A DNA stretch of 64,000 nt from assembly GCF_009914755.1 (NCBI RefSeq), contig NC_060933.1; one strand, written 5' to 3'. Positions 29,686-43,510 of this stretch are shown one piece after another (within the stretch, counting starts at the first letter, position 1; every line of letters begins with the position of its first letter). The notes below the pieces were generated by a model. The model had not been told where the DNA came from. It did no database searches and worked only from the letters and a program-made list of their open reading frames with translations. Source of the DNA: the human T2T-CHM13v2.0 reference genome, Homo sapiens. The position numbers were made by a program, and so were the translations under genes.

Positions 29686-30373
29686 CCAGAAATAATTGTC
29701 GTCCAACACCCACTAACAACAGTTAGGTTTACTTCTCTTGAGGGGGGAATAATACAGGAGTTATTAAGAAATAATTCTAGGCAGATATAGAGGGTAAAAG
29801 TTCTTGATAAGACTTTTTCTTTTAATAAAAACAGCTCCCGAAACATTTCTTTTCTAACAGAAAGGCGGTTTGGAAAGCCAGGCTGGCAAGTATTAACATG
29901 CTAATGCTGGTGATTAGAAACTAGGTCTAACCAACATGGCCAGCTTGGTGATTCTCACCCTTTTCTTGTCAGCACGTGTGCCAGGCATCATGGCCACCCC
30001 TAGCTATCTCCACGGGTGCAGGACATCTGGTGGCCTGCATTTGCATATTAAGAGCCTGGGGTGGGAGGGTCAGGTTTTTCTGGGCTATGTGAAATACACA
30101 CCTGGTCAAACCAATCCACTGGGCCGTATGCAAATCAGACACTGCTTTCTCCAGCTTCCCAATATTACCGACCACTTTTTCGCAGCAGCACACAGGGTTT
30201 CTCTCTTGGGAACCCCGCTCCCTCTATCTCTGTAGGGGGGAGCTTTTTTTTCTTCTTTCTTGACTATTAAATTCTCCACTCCTTAAAACCACTCCACGTG
30301 TGTCTCTGTCATTTATCTAAATTGGCGTGAGACCAATGACCCTGGTGTTCCTCCAGTCACCGGATCTGTATCA

Positions 30374-32230
30374 ATTTGACATCATCCATTCCGAAGAGCA
30401 GAAAGATAAAGAATAAAGAAAAATGAACCGAGCCCCCAAAACCTGTGGGATAAAGTATATCAGCACATATAAAATGAAACTCCTTGAAGAGGAGAGAAAA
30501 AGGGGTCCAAAAGAATATTTGAAGATATAATAGTCAAAAGTTTCCCAAATTTGGTAAGAAGACAATCTGTATATCCAAGAAGCTTAATAAATTGTAAGGA
30601 TAAACTGAAAGAGATCCACAAGTAGAAACATCATAGTCAAATTATCAGTAGACAAAGATAATCTTAAAAGCAGAAAGATAAGGAACTTATCACATACTTG
30701 TCACTGTCAATAAGATTAAAAGTTGACTTCTCTTCAGAAATCACTGAAGCCAGAGGCAATGGAATAACGTATTCAAAGCACTGAAGAAAAAGACTATCAC
30801 ATAAGAATTCTCTACCTAACAAAATTATTTTTTAAAACATAGGAGAAATAATAAAATAAATGGTTTAACACATAAAATTAATTAATGTAACTCACCATAC
30901 TAATTAAGAGAAAAACTAAAGGAATTCGTCACTAGTACAGCTGCCCTATGAGAAATACTAACTGGAGAGTCCTTCAGGTTGAAATGAAAAGTCTCTAGAC
31001 AGTAACTTGAGTCCACATGGAGGAATAAAGAGTACAGACAAACAAACAATATAGGGAAATATACAAGATAATGTAAATATATTTTTGTTTAAAACGCTTT
31101 TATACTCCTACCTGACTTAAGAGATAACTGCATGAATTTTATTAATGGGTTTAAAATTATAAAGATGTAATTTTTATAGCAATGTTAATACAAAAGGGAA
31201 GCTAAAGAAAGGAGCTACATTGGAGCAATGTTTCTGTAAACTATTGAAATTAAGTTGTATTAATCTGAACTAGATTGTTTTAAATTAAGCAGTTAATTGT
31301 AATCCCAAGCACAATAACTAAGAAAATAAGATTTTAAAAAATAGAATAAATAACATAGGAACCAAACTGGTATACTAAAAATGTTTATCACAAAAAAGAG
31401 CAATATTAAAGAAACATAGGAACAAAAAAAAGACACAAGACATACAAAAAAAGTAAAATGGCATGCATAAATGTTACTTTATAATTTGTCTTTAAATATA
31501 AATATATATATATATATTTATATAAAGAATTCCAATTTAAATGCTGAGGTTGGGAGAATAGATTAGTTTTTAAAAATCAACACTTAATCTACCTATATGT
31601 TGTCTAAAAAAGAAACACTAAATTCAAAGACACAAATCAGTTGAAAATAAAAGGATGATAAGATACATGTCATGAAAACTGTTACCAAAAGAAAACTAAA
31701 GTGTCTACAGCTACTATCAGACAAAATAGACTTAAACCTACAAAATTTTACTAGCACAAAAGAAGAATATTTTGTAATAATAAAATGGTCACTCTTTAAG
31801 GAAGACATAAGAACTGTAAACACATATGTACCTAATGACAGAGTCTCAAAATACTTGAAAAAAAAAACTTACAGAAACAAAGAGAGAAATAGAAAATTTA
31901 ACAATATGTAGGTACTGTCATACTTCACTTTCAATAATAGATAAAATGAAAAAGTAGATGATAAAAAAAAAAGACTTCAATAACACTACGAAATAGACCT
32001 AATGAAAATCTGTAGAAGATATTTCATACACTAGCCGAATACACAATCTTCTCAAGTGCACATGGAACATTCTTCAGGATGTATCATTATTAATTATATC
32101 TTATAGTAAGCCTCAACATATTTAAAATAATTAAAAATTTAAATTTAAATGAAAGACCACCAACTAAAATGAGATAAAATTACAAATCAATTATAAGAGA
32201 AACAGTTAATAATTAATAATTACTTGGAAA
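30374..32230 (+). mobile_element. Old L1M, right part: ORF1 remainder and ORF2 endonuclease relic
   Basis: ORF 31672-31911 LLSDKIDL...EDIRTVNTYVPN (L1 EN-like); tcaagtgcacatggaacattcttcaggat. Confidence 0.8.
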
Positions 32231-32239
32231 TAAAATAAA

Positions 32240-32720
32240 GGCACTATGAAAGAGGTGACATATCAAGTGTGTCTTAAAGGAAAGATAGTCTTCTGTTAGT
32301 CAAGGGACATAAGAAATGAGTTCCAGGAAGAAGGAAGAATAAAGCCAAATTATGGAATTGAAAGGATATGACACATCCACAGAATTACATGTAGTTATAT
32401 GCCTAGAATACTGGATCTATGGAGATGATGAGGAATGAGGAAGTGAGATAAAGGTTAGAAAGGAAGACAAACTACTAAGATACTTAGATTTCATAAATAG
32501 ATGATGCAGGACCACTGAATAATTTTTAAGCAATAAAACCATAGACTCAAAATTACATTTTAGAAGATAATTTGAAGTTGGGGGATATTAAGAAAAATGG
32601 GTTGGAGATGAATTAAGATTGAATATATATGAATCCAATTATAAGAACAATTGTGTGTTCTGAATTAGATTAAAAAGGGCCGAGATGGTATAAGAGATAG
32701 TGAAACTAAAGAAGAGAAAG
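32240..32720 (-). mobile_element. L2 relic
   Basis: Purine-rich L2 antisense text: ccactgaataatttttaagca...cattttagaagataa. Confidence 0.55.
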
Positions 32721-35700
32721 TGCTATTATTAAAAGATAGAATCTCAACTTATTCCAATGATAAATCTTTTTATAAGAGATAAAGTTAATACTAAAATAAC
32801 CCAATAAGATTAATATTGGGTTAATATTAATAACCCAATAAGGCTGATAAAACATATGACAACAATAAAACAATTTAATGATAATATAGCCATTTGTGAA
32901 TACTATTTTAAGTACTTTATTTATAACAACTCATGTGGTCCTCACAACAGGCTTATTAAACAGGTACTATTATTTTCCCCAATTTGAATTAAATTTCAAA
33001 TTCTAAATTTTTTTAATACCCTAATGGCCAAATTTTAAAAAGCCGACATACCCGATTTATTTGCTTACAGACCCTAATACAAATTATTCAAAATTAATTT
33101 TGAAATAAATATTGCCTTGCAAGATTAAGCTCTCTACAAATAAGAGGAAAAAAAGATTGGAATTGAGAAACTTCAAAGGTTATTTTATTTAACCCTGGTA
33201 CACTAACAGTCTTCAAAAAATAATTTAATGGGTATTTATGGAGGAACTAATATTCATCAAATATTATACTCAGCATGTGGCTACAAAAAAGAAAAGAAAT
33301 ATATAGCCCCTGACATAGAAAGGTTTTAAGTTTGATGGAGAAAATGTGCCTAAATACATTAAAAAAAATTTAGGTTGTATATATTGGGTGTTGTTTTTCC
33401 AGAAGATAAAATTGTTAAGTATACCTGGAGAATAAAAGCAATCATTAGGCTATATTAAAGCCACATTTTGAATGATAAGAGGGAATTTGCCATGTGGAAA
33501 CAAAGGAGAAAGTCATTTCAAAAAACTATTTATTGAGGAATTAAGCAAATTAATACATTTTATATTTAAATAATATTTGCAGAACCCCAATCCCCAAAAT
33601 GTATATGTGTATGGCAGATAATTCACATCATTTTCTTTTCTTTTCACATAAAAATATGCAATCATTCATTACCCACCGGTCAAGAGAATAGGTATATAAG
33701 CAGAAAACAAAATATTTTTAAGCCACATATTATACAATAAATAATTAAATAATTTTAAGGTGCCATTTAGCTCTCTGATAAGTTTTACATTTTAACACAC
33801 ACACACACCGCACACACACACACAGTGTAAACATAACGTTTTTAGATAATTCTATTTTTAAAATACCAAATAGTGTCATAATTTTATAAACACCAAACTT
33901 TATAAAATCAATGGTTCCCAAGTACAACCTTTCAGTAAGCAAACTAAGTTTACAGTAGTGTATTCAATAAATAATGCAACTCAACAACTGAAAGTTGTCA
34001 CACTGAGATTTAGTTCTGTTTAAAAGCAGATCAGGGTTTACTATTCACTCATTCCCTCGAAGGACTGGCTCTAGCAAATTTTTCCAAGTTGGTGTTTTCT
34101 AGCAGAGGGTCTTAAAATTAACTAACTCAAAAGTAGTCCAACTGTAAATGCTAGTTTCATGCCATGCTTAATACTAATGGAAAAACTTTACTTTTCTTAG
34201 CTTGATCATATTTCTTTGCAATGAAAAATAAATGCCTAAGTGTAAAACGTGGACACTATTTCCTATAAGATTTTTTTTTGTCTTTTATTTTTCAGCCCAT
34301 TTAAAGGTCATTGTATAACCTTTGTGCGATTATAATAACTGTTACTGTCCTAGGGCAGCAGATAAGGCACAAAGCTAACCTTGGTGTTTCTAAAGCACAC
34401 AACCAACAGCTTTTTAAAGTAAAAGAGACCTTAAAACATGCTACCACTCGATGATTCTGATACTAGGCTTTATTTCTGTATCATGATGGCTATTTCTTTT
34501 CGAGGCCAACAGATAAGACCAAGATTATCAAAAAGCAGTTGTAGGTTCTACTGTGCTCAGTTCCTGCGGACTGCTGCTTGGCTAAGTTGCAGCTCCCTCT
34601 CTCCTTGGCAGGAAGCCTGGACAAGTAGCAGAACATTGTCAAAATTATTATTGTTTCTGTTTTTTCTTTCTTTTTCAGATAGCTCAAAAATGGTTATCAG
34701 AAAGTCGAGAATTTAAGAGTGTGTCTTTATCTCCTTTCTTAATTCTTCCTAAAGAAATAGTAGAAATGTCTAGGGCAGAAATGCATAAGCAGATGGTTAT
34801 GTGCCTTCATTAATCAAATGCAGCTTTTCCCTCACCTATCTTGTCCCTCTGGCATGACACTATAAAACCTTCTGGAAAGGTACCTCGTAATATATATTGA
34901 TAAAATGAAAATATACATAGTCTTTAACCCAGTTATTGCCCTTAGAGAGACCCTCTCCTCATTTAACAATCTGAAATGCACACAAATTCATAAAGATATT
35001 TCATTATAGTATTAGATATAAAAGAACAAAATTGTACTAAAATATACAAAATTATGGTAAATGCTTAATTAAATAATCAGTCAAATGAGGAAATATTACA
35101 GGGCAATAAAATTAAAATTCTAAAATCTAAACTGAATTTCAAAAATGCTTATGACATAAGAACAAGGCAGGGCATGCAATTATAAACATATACACATATG
35201 TACATATGCAAATATATGATGGTATTATACAAAAAATGAGATGAGAATCAATAAAGAAATATTGCAGTTAATGATTTCCTATTGCTTTTCATTTTTAGAT
35301 TTCAAAGTTTTTAAGAGAAGCACTAAAAATGTAAATAAGAGTAAAACCTGGAAAAATAATCATACAATTTAATCATTTTAATACATTGATGATTTACATC
35401 AGTTCCCTGCTAGTTATAGGATAACTCAACTACTTAGCATTTGATACAAGCCTTTGACAATGTGACTAGTCTGTGCAGCTCTAGTCCCATTATTACAATT
35501 TTTTCATTGATTTAATATATATAGCCACTTTGAAAATTATGCTATATGCTGATCCCACTTACTTAAAATTTATTTTTCCTTTATAGCTTTCTAATTATTT
35601 TATATTGGCAAACCGTTACTTATTCTTTATGATCTAGTCCATATATCCTCCCAATGTTAGAATAAGCTATATTTGGATCATATTCCCGTTTTACAGAATT

Positions 35701-35869
35701 CAGGGTATTAGCATTTCTGCAGAGTTGAGAGAATATGCATGAATATAATCAGAGTATAATTAATATTGTTTCTTCAAATAACTGAGCAGGGTGTGTCCCT
35801 ATGTCAGGTATTATTTAGTTCCCTTTACATTGGACGAATAATCAGAGCCAATATTTTTACTTGATTAGG

Positions 35870-36070
35870 TAGGATTTCTTCTATGTTTCTTACCATTCAT
35901 CCAGTATTGCTCCAGCCTATCAATGAAACACCAAAGAATGCTGGTCAAAGACTTACTACAATCTAGATATATTCTATTGACAACTTTCTTCCATTCCATT
36001 CTATCTACTGGTGTAATAACCTTATGAAAATATGGAACAAGGCTATTCTGACATTTTACATTTTGACTTT
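35870..36070 (-). mobile_element. CR1/L3 LINE RT fragment
   Basis: Minus frame VVNRIYLDCSKSL resembles the CR1 RT motif VDxIYLDFSKAFD. Confidence 0.7.
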
Positions 36071-36149
36071 CAATAGTCAAAATTTGTTTTAAAATTATTT
36101 TCCAATAATAATAATGTTATTGCTGGTATTATCACTATTGGTATAATAG

Positions 36150-36380
36150 CAATAATTTTAATGTAACAAATCCCCATGATATACCAACTCTCTTGATGAT
36201 AACATTATAGTCTTTGAGCTCCTCAACACCACTCTAAGGCAGAAGTGTTTGTCTCTGTTTTTAAAAAGAAAACATTAAAGATCAAAGAGTTTAACTTATT
36301 TAAGGACATAAGTCAGAATTGATATGGTCCAGGATTCAAATGTAGGTGTTTATCTCTGCACTAAACTATATAAACCTTTA
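36150..36380 (-). mobile_element. MIR
   Basis: ctcctcaacaccactctaagg...gtttaacttatttaaggaca...ccaggattcaaa. Confidence 0.55.
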
Positions 36381-37264
36381 GTGCACTGTCAAGCACATCA
36401 TTTTGCTTCATTTTTATTACTTTTACTTTATCATGTTGGAAAAATAGATCAGAGGAAAAATAAAGGACATAAGTAGAGTTTTAAAATTCATTAAAAATGG
36501 CAATTTTATTTAACTCTATAGAAGATGATCTAATAAACAGTAAAGGGCTTTAATTCGACCAAAAGCAATACCAAGGAAGAATAAATAATTTTCTTATTAT
36601 AACAGTGAGAATACGATACGAAGAGGCGTTCTGAATTACTTGTCCTTGGGGGCCAGTTAAATAAGACAGAAGGCCATCTGTTTGGATGGTTTGGGCACTA
36701 AATTGCAAAGCATTAAAGAGCTGAACCATATGATCTCACGAATGCCTTCTGGTCATATGGTTCCATTTCAACAGTGTTTATCTCTTCCACATCAAAATTG
36801 TTCTTTTGAGAGAAATATGAGAGAGGCAAAATTTTGTTCATAAGCCACCTACAACCCCATGCACATGAGGAATGTTTTGGCTAAAATGTTAAATAAAATT
36901 GTGAATAGCTTCAGCATTTAAAAAAATATATATTTAAAATACTAACTGCTTGTCCAAAATCAGAACTTGTTAGAAATAAATTATCTGTTACAATTGATGC
37001 ATAACAATCAAATTTTATTTATCAGCCAATAGTTACTTTAGTAAAATTTAGGTTATTCTATTAAGATCAATGCCATGTTAAAGAAAAGTATATTTATTTT
37101 CTCATCATATTTCTATACTTAAGAACCATTATGTTCTTAGTTCTAGTTAACACTTATAAATCTTAGTAAGTTTATAAAGTAATAAACCAGCTATAATTTG
37201 AGGAAATATTCATAAGGCAAACCTGCAAATCTGGGGGAGCTGGCATTTCCAATTTGATAAAAGG

Positions 37265-37953
37265 TGAGAAATAACAATAAAATCTTAAGCACCTCAACCA
37301 GCTTAACAAATTCCCTGTTGGCCCAGGGAAACTCAGAGAAACCTTGAAAACTGAGTTCTCACCTGTGATGGGATGGGAGGTCACACATACCTCACTATAT
37401 CCCCTCCCTCCCTGTCAGTAGACTTTCATTCCTAAAAGTTGAACCAAAACCAGCCCTCTCAAAAGATTTGCTGAATTCCCCTCCCTTTTTGTGTTTTCAA
37501 CCACATTCAACCAGCATTCCTTCCTGATGAGAGACCACCAACTGTGGACCAGCTGTGTCTGACTTAAGAGTCTGAATATAGGAAGCCTGTGTGGCCTTTG
37601 TTTCACATTTTGACATATAGAGCCTAATTTTAATGCATGTAAATGTTAAGTCTCCACTCCAAAGTGAACATGGGATATATGTAACATGCATGTTTGCTTA
37701 GCATGCATATGTGTGCCCCATTTCATGCATATTCACAGCTCCTCCCATATCCTGTGAGCATATATATATACTTAGCCAATCCATTCAGCATAAATTCCTG
37801 TCTCATCCTTCCTTATTTCAAGTGTCTGCTTCTGGTTTTTGCCAGAAGCTAAGCTTCCCAGTCTGCAGGATGGACAGCCTATAGGCTGTAACCTGTTATT
37901 AGGAATAAAGCTTTCCCTATAAGTTTAAAAAGATCATGATACTTCAATTGACA
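37265..37953 (+). mobile_element. ERV1 MER4-group solo LTR (MER34/MER39/LTR29-like)
   Basis: TG...ACA ends, aataaa near the 3' end, agaaaccttgaaaactgagttc...gggatgggaggtca; imperfect TSD aagg/aggg. Confidence 0.7.
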
Positions 37954-38361
37954 AGGGTTAATTTCCAGTCAATCAGTAATTCTCTATAACAAATTCAAGA
38001 AAGACCAAAATAAAGAACCACACTTGCCTCTGGTGAAAAATCAGAAAATGGTTAAAAATGAGTAAATAAATTGACTAACAATAATATAAATAATAATTAA
38101 TAATCAATATTAGTTAATGGAAAATAACAAATGATTGGATTTTATTTTTTCCCTTTTTTTCTCTGCTTATTGACAAATCAAACTTGTTCTCTAATAATGA
38201 AGCATGGAAACAGGTTTTAAAGTTATTTAATGAAAAGTTACTTTGAAAAAATCAATTACCTAATGTCATAGAAAGTTAAATTAATGCAATTCTGTTGACA
38301 ATAAGGAAAATCTTTTAGAGTCTTAAAGCTTTCGCCTGGCACTTGATGTATGCTATACATT

Positions 38362-39247
38362 TGTCAACAATAAAGAGTCAAACTCTGTGATATATTTAAA
38401 AAGGTTTATTCTGAGCCAAATCTGAGTGACCGAGGCTCAAAGTACAGTCTCAAGAGGTTCTGAAAACAAGTATCCAAGGTGGTTGGGTTACAGCTTGATT
38501 TTATACATTTTAGGGAGACAGACAGATATCAGTCAATACCTGTAGGGTGTGCACGGGTTCGGTCCAGAAAGCCAGGACAACTCAAAGCAGGGGTTTCCAG
38601 GTCATAGGTGGATTCACAGATTTTTTCATTAGCAATTGGTTGAAAGAGTTAAGTAATTATCTATACACCTAGAAGCAATAGAAAGGAGTGTCTGGTTTAA
38701 GATAAGGAGTTGTGGAGACCAAGGTTCTCATTATGTAGATGAAGTCTCATAGGTGCCTACCTTAGAGGCAACAGACTGTAAATATTTCCTGTTGAGATCT
38801 TTAAAAGGTGCTAGACTGTCAGCTAGTCTCTTCAAGATCAGAAAAAGATCTGGAAAGGGAAGGGGATTTACGGAATGAAAGTTTCTCCCGCAAAGGACAG
38901 CTTTGCAGGGCCGTTTCAAAATATGTCAAAGTATATTTTGGGATAAAACATTTTAATTTCTTTCAGGGCCTGTAAAGTTCTCGTGTAACGCTATACTAGA
39001 GTCTGCTTGGAATTTGGTATATTTTTGCTACAGTCTGTTCTGTCAGTCTTAAGACCTCTGTTTTAATGGTAATGCTGGTCAGTTGTGCCTGAATTCCAAA
39101 GGGAGGAGAGTATAATGAAGCATATCCAATTCTCCCTTCCCATCATGGCCTGAATTAGCTTTTCAGGATTACTTTGAAATCCCCTTGGCCGAGAGGAGGG
39201 GTCCATTCAGTTGGTTGAGAGGCTTGGAATTTTATTTTTGATTTACA
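38362..39247 (-). mobile_element. MER4-family solo LTR inserted into a MIR
   Basis: aagagtcaaactctgt...tttattctgagccaaat...ttttatttttgatttaca; TSD catt; MIR text continues at 39248-39400. Confidence 0.85.
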
Positions 39248-40247
39248 CATTTAATCTTTAGAACAATCTAATCGGTTGGTATTATTATCTTCATTTTAAG
39301 TTGAGAAAACAAATTTAGGAAATTAACTCACTTGTCCATGTTCACCCAACTAGAAATTGGAAAAGAAACTGCAATCCACATGTCTCCAAACACCATGACC
39401 TCAGGGCAAAGAGACTGAGTATAGATTTTAAATTATTTTAAAATGTAATTCATTTACATAGTAATTTTCTCAAAATGCATTAAGCAAGATGTCTACAATT
39501 GTTCGAACATGTGCGTTTATATAATTGCCTGTTTGCCTCTCAGATTTTCAGTAATGTCTGCTTGTGTTGATTTTTAAATTTAAAATTTAATTTAATTTAA
39601 TTTAATTTAACTTTTGGTGGAAAATGAGGGAGGGGATTGGTGAAAAATGAGGAAAATGAGGGAGGACTTATTCAGGTATTGATGAGTTCCATAGGATGAG
39701 TTCCACACCTGGGTCAGTGTAGTGTACCTTCAAGTGGCCATGCACAGCACTCAGGCAAGTTGTATACTCAACTCAGTTAATGGTGGCTGGATTTCCAAGC
39801 CAGAGGTAACCATTAGGTCCCAACTTCTACTCTTTCACACAAATGCACATAAATAGAGATATTTTGAGAAATCAATGGAATAAAAAATCGAGGTTTGAAA
39901 ACAATTTTATTTAGATCATTATGGTAATGGGGAGACCAAAAGAATGCTATGAAACTTCTGTGTTAAAACTAACTTAACACTAATAACATTTTTCACATTC
40001 CCAATTATTACATATGTCTTTGCATTCAAACCAAGGCAATAATTGTTCTAGTCAAAAGAAAAAAAAATCTAGGTAACATTTTAAATATTCTAGTGTTATC
40101 AGGAAAATTAGATCATAAAGTAATTATGGACAAGAAGCCAATACCAAAGTATTTCATCTGGTTAGGACATGGATATACTGCAAATCCTACAAAGTTGTTC
40201 ATTTCATACAAATATTAAATGAATACATAAATAATTGCTTTAAGAAG

Positions 40248-40335
40248 AAAGTCATTCTCCACAATCCCTTCACCACACCTTATACCTGTAGAAGGCAATT
40301 ATTTTAAAAAGAACATAATCACACAGATTAGACTA
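40248..40335 (+). repeat. Copy 1 of a ~88-bp dispersed direct repeat
   Basis: Aligns to 41635-41722. Confidence 0.9.
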
Positions 40336-41634
40336 TTTTTCTTGGATTGGAAGGTTCAGCAGAACCTTGACAGTGTTCCAAGTTGTTAACTTTTATTTCA
40401 AATACTAAAAACTGAAGATCTGATCATTAGAAAAGCATTGAATTGTAAAATATTGGTGGGTTGGATTGAATTTAGTTAAATTGTTTCCAATTTTCTTTTC
40501 CTTGGTAGTTAAGTCACTACATATCTAAAGAGATATCAAGAAGCTGGCATTTCCTAGCAATTTGGAACTTAAAATTTAACAAAACAAATAAAAGAAGAAC
40601 TTATTCTAACTCATTTTTTGCTTTTAGCTGTCGAATGCATAAGTATCTTAAATTAGTTTTCATTGACTCCTCTACTTTATTTAACAAAAACCAAGGCACA
40701 ATAATAAATAGACTAGCATCAAAACATAATGCCTTCCCTGCTGATAAATACCCAGTGCAAGATTGGCTTAGATAATATTTGTGTTTTTGGTTTACTTAAA
40801 AATGGGTATAAGCTTATTCCTCAAAAAAATATACATTGTAACATGTTGAACTCTGGACATTTGTGGATTTGAAATAGTAATTTATGATTACAAGTTTGAG
40901 AAGAATTTCAGAGTCATTCAGTCCCTTAGTTTTCTATTAAAACATTAATTTGAATTTAGAGAAGCATTTCTTATATCTTATCAGTCACCTCCTAAAATGG
41001 ATTGTATTTAATCAGTAATCAGTACCCTCAGTTTTGGAGGTAAGGATGCAGAGACAGTGGGGATAAACCTTCATAGAGTCCCTTCCATTGTGTCTGGCCA
41101 GTGGTATTGTTTTGGCCTTTGTATGTTCCGGAAACTCGCTTTTGTTTTGCTAATTAACTTTTTATCACATTAAATCCTTCTTTTTCAATTATAAATATTG
41201 ATATTGACAGGAAACATGTAGGTATAACTATTTGTGAAAAGTACTAACATATGTAAGAATTCCCTTCATCAAATGATTTTTAATATTTATTTAATTATTG
41301 AAAGTTGTTTAACATTGTAAGACGTATACAAATGGAACTTTGCAAGAATTTTGAAGAATTGTAAAAAAGTACCTCATAGAATATTAAAGGGATAATCATC
41401 TATATGACCAAATTGAAATGAGGTTTTAATCACAAGATGAAGTGAGAGATAACAAAAAGGGGGTAGGGTCGGTGGAAGATTCAGACAAGAAGAAAAAAAA
41501 TTAGCTAAAAAAGTGGAAAAGCAGATGGAAAAAAAAATCGTGTTTTCCACTGTTCCTTTGAGTACTATCACAGTTGCAACTTTTCACTTATGTGTAAGAT
41601 GATTTTTTAAAGTTTAAGCAATTCCCATCTCAAA

Positions 41635-41722
41635 AAAGTCATTCTCCACAATCCTTTCACCACACCTTATAACTAAGAAGGCATTTATTTTTAAAAAGAA
41701 AATAATCACATACATTAGATTA
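41635..41722 (+). repeat. Copy 2 of a ~88-bp dispersed direct repeat
   Basis: Aligns to 40248-40335. Confidence 0.9.
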
Positions 41723-43399
41723 CTAAACTATAAGAGAGAAGTCTAGTAGACAAGAATGCTATAGGAAAATGTCAGATTTTACTCACTATTTCGTTACCCA
41801 AGCCTAGCACTGTTATTGGAACATGATAATTCCTCAGTGTAAGGTTTTACACCTATCACAAGAACACTGCAATGCTCAATATTTGGGTCATGTGTTAAAT
41901 ATAGAAAAAAGGAAAACCCCGAGTGTGTTCTTGATAGAAAGATTTCCAAGGACCAAACTGCTTGCATAGGTATTGAATCATATGTAATTGGGATAGCTGC
42001 TTAGAAGGTAAACTCCAAAGCACAAAATAACAGAAGACATACAACCCAGCAAACACAGTCAAATCAATGAGCATGAGATTAAATTATTACCTGGAAATGA
42101 TCTTTGTAATTTTCAAGATCATGAATAGATAAATAAAATACTTCAATATTTTAATAATCATTTCCATGATCTGTTAGAAAAGCATATCCGCTAGAGAATA
42201 GAATAAGCACAGGAAACGAGAAGTGGCAAATCAATGATTTGAACTTCAATTACACAAATTCAAAGCCAGTATTATTTCTACCATGTTATGTTGTGAGTAT
42301 ACCGAGTATACCTACAATAAGTCTTTATTGTCATGATTTTGTAAAAGAATAAAAGCCTTCAGAAGTTTTTCAGTGACTTTTACAAGGCCACAGATGGACA
42401 CTGGAGGAGACATCAGGTCCCTGGCCTCTAGTTAGAGAATTTTACTGTGCTAATGCTGGCGAAAGACAGTTATCACAGAAATCAAAGAATAAAATTAAAT
42501 TTGTATTCAAATGTAAATTTAAGTAAATGAATATTCCATTTGTAAATAAATAATCAATCCTGATTTATGTTATTTGCATATTTTTTAAACACTTAAGACT
42601 ATATAGGTACTCCTTATTTCCTCTTATAACAAGCCACACCAAAAGGGCAGGAAACAGAGATTCACCTCAGAATTTTTTACCAATTAATTTCAGAGGTAAA
42701 GTCAGTGTACAAAGCTGAAGATCATCTACTTCAGATACAATGTAGTAGCTGAAAAAAAAAATTTCAACACAGATAAGTAATTGATGGCAATTACTACAAG
42801 TGTAATAAATTTTACAAAGACTCCAGTACACATGGATGAAATACTTCACTGAGTTTTTAATAAAAATAGATGTAGGTATGCTGACAACTTCAGAATTGTT
42901 TTTCAAGGTGCTGTTTCAATGAAAGATATATTCAACTTTTATGTTTTAAATTTCTGCTAGCTATTTTATATTTTGGTTCACATAATAATGTTCTAGAATT
43001 TGATATTCTTGGTTAATATGCAGAGTCATCTCATAGGTTTTTTTGTTTGTTTCTTCTTTGTGTATAGCTCTCAAAATTTAGGTTTTGTACCCTTCTGCTT
43101 AATAGCATTGAATGAAACAAAGGACAAATCTGTAATTCTAAACATGTGTTCTTTATTTTATTCCTTAGTCTAAAGTTATCTCCAAGGTTATTAGAGTTTC
43201 TGAATAAATAAATCTTCACATGTCAGCCCCTATCATCCATTTTCAGTTGCCAACTAGAAAAATGGTATCGTAAAAGACTAGAGAGTTGTTTGCTTAAAGT
43301 TACATAACATTTCAGTCCTGAATATAATACAAACCAATTTACTGACATCAATCAGTAATGATAATGAAATGTCCCTTAAAGCAGGAAAATAAATGTTTT

Positions 43400-43510
43400 T
43401 CTCACTTCACAGATGAGGAAACTAAGACTCAGTGAGGCTAAGTAATTTGAGCTGCAATTCCCATTCAGGTAATTAGGTTGCAAAGCCCATATTCTTTCCA
43501 CTTCTCCATT
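43400..43510 (-). mobile_element. MIR core
   Basis: cacagatgaggaaactaagactcagtgaggctaagtaattt. Confidence 0.7.

Larger units (their letters stand above)
26761..30373 (+). mobile_element. Internally deleted ERV1 provirus (HERV9/HERV-W/HUERS-P3-related internal; LTR25/MER50/MER61-group LTRs)
   Basis: Homologous LTRs 26761-~27227 (truncated) and 29750-30373; PPT gaggggggaa at 29740; 4-bp TSD attt; gag, pro, RNase H, IN and env relics. Confidence 0.88.

Noticed and set aside
39586-39710. Short tandem duplications (attta)n, aaaatgaggg and gatgagttcca
   Set aside because: Ordinary slippage products; not a CRISPR-like or otherwise regular array
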